A DNA stretch of 64,000 nt from Macrostomum lignano (taxonomy: Eukaryota). The notes under the pieces were generated by a model. That model searched no databases. It saw only the letters and a program-made list of their open reading frames with translations, and was not told the DNA's origin. Of the stretch, positions 58,998-64,000 are shown piece by piece; the first letter of the stretch is position 1; every line of letters starts with the position of its first letter. The stretch lies in contig NIVC01001079.1 in NCBI GenBank assembly GCA_002269645.1, positions 124,001-188,000 on the forward strand, written 5' to 3'. Made by a program: the position numbers and the translations under genes.

Positions 58998-60799
58998 ATG
59001 TCTGCAACTATAAATCCCGAGCATGACAACTGCACAGTGCTAATCTCATTGATGTACTATGCTGGCACAATGCTACTTGGCCGCTGCCTTCGTTCCCTTG
59101 TGCCATCTGATAATTGGGCCTCACCCTACCTGCTAAATCTAATAACAGCATTTCAAACCTGCGCATGCAGTCTGGAGAATGGCACATCTCGCAAACGGTA
59201 TGGCATGCCAGCCTACCTAGTGGTGCTATTCACAGCTGGCTACTGGCAGTCCCTCAGCCTGCCGCAGGGCTGCAGCGGCAATCCTTGCAAGCACTGGCGC
59301 AGGTTTGCAAGAGGAGATGTTGGACTGGCACAGGCGGTTGGGCTGATGGCCTTTCAGCTGGTTGGAGGGCAGGTAGGTTTTTCTTTTTGGGTTAAATTAA
59401 TTAGTTATGAACTGCAGAGCTGCTCTGCACCTCTCGCTTTAATGCTGACGTTTTGATGATGCTGCTTTGATGATGCCGCTTTGATGATGCCGCTTTGATG
59501 ATGCTGCTTTGATGATGCCGCTTTGATGCTGCTGCTTTGATGATGCCGCTTTGATGCTGCTGCTTTGATGATGCCGCTTTGATGATGCTGCTTTGATGAT
59601 GCCGCTTTGATGATGCTGCTCTGCCGCTTTTGATGATGCCGCAGACACTGAGCTTCAACCCCTTCGTCCCCGCCGCGCCGCAGGCGGCCTTCTGGTTCGC
59701 CCGCTCGTTCTGGTCTGTCGGCCTGACCGCCACGCATGGCCAGCGACTCGCCGCCTCCGCCAGCTGCGTCAGCGACCTGACGGTGCCGGGCGCTGCCGGC
59801 TTCGGGCTGGAGTTTCTCGGCGTCTTCGCCGACTCGATGCTGGTGGGCGGCCTGGCAGCCTTTAGCTCTGGCGACAGCTGGCTGCGGAATGAAGAGGTGC
59901 AACGGCCGCTGCTGTACGTGCTGAGTACCTGGCTGACCTATCACGGTAAGGCAAAGAGTGCTTCGGATTCCTAAGCTTCTTAGTCTTTATTGCTTTTTTA
60001 TTCATAACTAGCTTCCTCATTCTCTTCCCCTCCTTTCCTTCTTTTCGCCTCTTCCCCCTCTTCCCCCTCTTTCCCTCTTTCTCCTTCTTTCCCCCTCCTT
60101 CCCCTTCTTTTCCCCTCTCTCCCTCTCTTTCCCCTCTTTCCCCCTCTTTCCCCCTCTTTCCCCCTCTTTCCCCCTCTTTCCCCCTCTTTCCCCTTCTTTC
60201 CCCCTCTTTTCCCTTCTTACCCCCTCTTTCTTTCTCTCTCCCCCTCTTTCCCCTTCTTTCCCCCTCTTTTCCCTTCTTACCCCCTCTTTCCCTTTCTCTC
60301 CCCCTCTTTCCCCTTCTTTCCCCCTCTTTTCCCTTCTTACCCCTCTTTCCCCCTCTTTCCCCTCTTTCCCCTTTTTACCCCCTCTTTCCCTCTCTCTCCC
60401 CCTCTTTCCCCTCTTTCCCCTTTTTACCCCCTCTTTCCCTCTCTCTCCCCCTCTTTCCCCTCTTTCCCCTTTTTACCCCCTCCTTCCCTCTCTTTCCCCC
60501 TCATCACCGCTTCTCCCCCATTTTTCCTTTCCTTTCTCTATACTTTTTATTCGCATTCAAACGGATCCGCCATTCGCACTTCTGGGTCCCGAACCCGCGC
60601 AGGCCTGTACCTCACCGGCATGTTCTCCAACCCGGCCAACGCCAGCGCGCAGACCCTCGGCTGCCGAGGCACGCCGCTGTGGCTGCACTTCGCTGTCTAC
60701 TGGGCCGCCCCCCTGTTGGCCGTGAGTCTCGGCCATAGACTAGAGGCTGTGGCCGCAGCCACGCAGACACCAGCTGAGCGACACGAGAAGCAGCAGTAA
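58998..60799 (+). CDS. AQP11: Unorthodox aquaporin (AQP11/12 type), paralog B, 277 aa
   Basis: Exons 58998-59372, 59684-59945, 60603-60799; same intron phases as paralog A; SGNPC and SNPAN motifs. Confidence 0.9.
60020..60530. repeat. Pyrimidine-rich repeat (ccccctcttt)n in aquaporin B intron 2
   Basis: Direct reading. Confidence 0.9.
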
Positions 60800-62464
60800 A
60801 AATAGCACTGATTTAGGAATGGCTACTACTTGTAGCTCGTAATGGCAAGTTTAGCGATTTCGAAATTTAGCAACAACGAAATTTGAATAGTTTTTATCTA
60901 GTGCAGAGAATTGCTGTTATTCTGGTGCCTTTCTACAAAAAGAGATTTTTTCTGTTGTTTTCTGACGTATTGATATCATTTGTTTATTCATTTTTTGTTT
61001 TGAACCTCCTTTACTTAAATCCCGTTGAAAACGTTACCGTGACAAAGAATCGCTAGAGAGTCATTGCAAACAACTCGCTATAATGACTCCTGTGACTTTT
61101 TAACGACTCCAACGAGTGCAATGCGATGGAGAGTCGACTGTTGAACCTTTCTACAAAATCAAGTAGACTAAATAGAGTTGTTATATTATAAATTCTACAA
61201 GCGTAAATCGTAAAGTGACACAGATGCGCTTTAGACTTTTAGAGTAATCTAGAATGACATTTTTTCCTATTTTACCTGTGTTATTTGCAACGACTCTGGA
61301 AGACGCAAGCCTCTTGGCGTAGTTACCGTTTTCATCGGGTATTAGCACAGATACTAGAATAACTAGATGGGCCACTCAGCACATTTGCGTGTAAGCTACT
61401 TTCAGTTCAGTAGTAAGTTAAACTGAAGCATTTTAATGTATTTTTAAAGCCAAGGCTCATTTATTGCCTCTTACCCTCCAATTAAACCCTCTAACCGCGC
61501 CTTTCCACACTACCCCGCCCGCCCCAATTTTATTGCCTTTCTCGGAATTCCAGCCTAAAGCGGCCATGTACATTTCAGTGGACTGGCTAATGTACATTAT
61601 TGCTGAACCAATTAGCAAGTTGTTTACGCCTGCAAGGTTGTGTGGGCTTCTAAACTTATCAAAGTCATTTCAGCTGCCTTTTTAATAAAACAGCTTATGT
61701 ATTCTTTGCTACTGAACTGAAAGTAGAAAGCTGTTTTGCTAAGTATATATATGCCTGAGTGGCCTATCTAGTTATTTTAGTATCTGTGGGTATTAGTAGA
61801 GTAACCAGCTTTTTATGAATAAATGATCATTTTATGCAGTGCAGTGATTACTGGTCAATTTGGTTTTGTGTTAGAAATATTTATAAGGCTGTTCTGTTGG
61901 TTATGGCTGGTTATTTATTTACACAAGTTCACACAAATGTCACAGATTTATTGACTTACGCTCTGAGGCAGTCATTCGATGTCTATATGGTTTAGACTTG
62001 AACCTGTTTTTAGCAGTTTTTCCCCATTTTCGCCTCTATCAAAGAGCCGTTGTAGATTTTTTATTTATTGTTTATTGATTGAGTCTGCTGATTTTAGCAG
62101 AAACTGGTTCGATTTAATTTAACAACGATTGGAAATATACGTGGATTTTTTTGTCTTCCCTTTAGAATCGACAGTTTTTTAATGTTTAGCATATGACTGC
62201 TGTACCTGATATGTACATGTAAATTGTAAATTGTAAATATGTAAATTGCTAACCCCATTAGCAATTTAAAATGTCTAACTTGTATTTATCCATTTTTTAA
62301 ATGAAGGGTCCGGTTAGTGTAAGCTGGCTCCAGTTGGAGTCTGTCTAATTTTTCGACTTTTTAGTGTGGTCGGAAATTATTAACATTCAGCATATGTAGA
62401 TAATATTAATTTATTGTTGCACATGTAGTTAAATGTGAAAAATTATGCTTCTGCCCATCTTGAC

Positions 62465-63122
62465 CAATCCCTCCACAACGCGCCCATCACTCACCACCCC
62501 ACAGCACCCGTCACGTCACAGCACCCACAACCGATCGCAGCACCCACCACCCCACAGCACCCACCACCCCACAGCACCCACCACCCCACAGCACTCACAA
62601 CCCCACAGCACCCACCACCCCACCGCACCCATAACCTCGCAGCACCCACAACCCCACAGCACTCACAACCCTACAGCACCCACCACCCCACAGCACCCAC
62701 AACCCTACAGCACCCATCACCCCACAGCACTCACAACCCCACAGCACTCACAACCCCACAGCACTCACAACCCCACAGCACTCACAACCCCACAGCACCC
62801 ATCACCGCACAGCACCCATAACCTCGCAGCACCCACAACCCCAAAGCACTCACAACCCCACAGCACCCACCACCCCACAGCACTCACAACCCTACAGCAC
62901 CCACCACCCCACAGCACTCACAACCCACAGCACCCATAACCTCGCAGCACCCACAACCCCACAGCACTCACAACCCCACAGCACCCACCACCCCACAGCA
63001 CCCACAACCCCACAGCACTCACAACCCCACAGCACCCACCACCCCACAGCACCCATAACCTCGCAGCACCCACCCCCCCACAGCACACAAAACCTCGCAG
63101 CACCCACCACCTCGCAGCACCC
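62465..63122. repeat. CA-rich minisatellite (caccccacagcac core)
   Basis: Direct reading. Confidence 0.9.
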
Positions 63123-63399
63123 AACCAGAAGTGACCAATCGTAAGATACGGATCTGCTTGAAGTCAATACGAAAAGCACGTTTCATCTGCACGTTTCAGT
63201 CCACAAATAAACCGTAGAAGTCAAATTATACATGTAGTTTTGTTAGTATAAAATTAAGAGCAAAGGAAAATATACCCACAGGAGACAATTATCTGTCTTG
63301 ATTCCGGTTTAAGGAAGTACAGCTTAGAATACATTTCTTGGGTTTTATTTAAAGGCGGACACACGCGTGTACGTGTGCGTGTGCGAGCGAGCAAAATCG

Positions 63400-64000
63400 A
63401 TTTTATCCGATAAAATAATCCAGATCGGTGATCAAAGAAAAAGGAGTTGCGGTGTACGACGATAAGGCCACAGCTAGCGGCAGAGATCAAGACGGCTGGA
63501 AGACGGTATGCGATTGTTGTAGCGATAGAGTGGCTTAAAGTGCAGAACGACGAGTGGGAGGAAGCAATGTTGGCGACGAATGACAGTAAGAACGGGCTCC
63601 AGGAAGAATGGTCTTGATGGTCTTGGTGCCCTGCCATTGTGACATCGAGGGAAATGAGACAGGTTGGCGGGAGATGCGATGGCGGAGAAACAGGAGAAAA
63701 TGGGTGTGTTTGCCAGTTTGATTGTCTGGAAGGCGAAGAGGATGAGCAAGGAAGTGAAGCAGTGGGAGCACGGCCGAATGGAGGAGAAGTATGGGCAGTC
63801 CAGAGGAAGGTGGTTAGACCCGCAGTTCAGGCAGGAATAGACCGCGAGAGGTCAGCCTCAGGAGGATGAGAACGGGACACTCGCTGGAGCTGGCGGGGAG
63901 AAGGAATTGGTTGAGGCTGAAAGAGGACGAAAGTTGCAGGCTGCACGTGTGGCATGGAGGATGAAACGGTTGTACAACCTGCTTGAATGTCCAATGACGG
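63400..64000 (+). mobile_element. Heavily degraded 3' part of an RNase H-bearing non-LTR retrotransposon ORF2
   Basis: Across shifting frames: KEKGVAVYD, AIVVAIEWLK, NDSKNGLQ, VPCHCDIEGNE then DRLAGDA (RNase H C-terminus), RMRTGHSLEL and EDETV..LLECP (CCHC region). Confidence 0.7.

Noticed and set aside
61021-61339. Imperfect inverted pair CCCG(T/A)TGAAAACG
   Set aside because: Short and mismatched with no matching TSD; possibly an old MITE but not supportable.

Overview
Eukaryotic (animal) genomic DNA. GC-rich, Ala/Gly/Ser-rich exons, AT-rich spacers and a different minisatellite in almost every intron suggest a free-living flatworm such as Macrostomum (inference). Five spliced genes can be assembled by hand with consistent intron phases: (1) an ORP9/10/11-type oxysterol-binding protein-related gene on the minus strand, running off the left edge, whose first two exons encode a helix resembling a Rab-binding (Slp-homology) domain; (2) a ZMYM2/3/4 (WOC)-like DUF3504 gene with no visible zinc fingers; (3) a 7-repeat protocadherin ending in a PDZ-type motif; (4, 5) two tandem AQP11/12-type aquaporins (NPC/NPA) sharing a 188-bp identical tract. 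Mobile DNA comprises a full-length 5.8-kb Loa/R1-group LINE (ORF1 plus APE-RT-RNase H-CCHC, 12-bp TSD), an RTE relic, an RNase H-LINE relic, a MITE nested in another MITE, and a CACTA-like MITE. Other structure: about 30 tandem arrays, including one 16-bp satellite present twice in inverted orientation; a dense TAGGCCTA cluster; a 154-bp hairpin; and an antisense Cys-rich ORF inside an aquaporin intron. No rRNA, tRNA or CRISPR array is supported. All gene models and family calls come from manual translation and motif recognition, not database searches.
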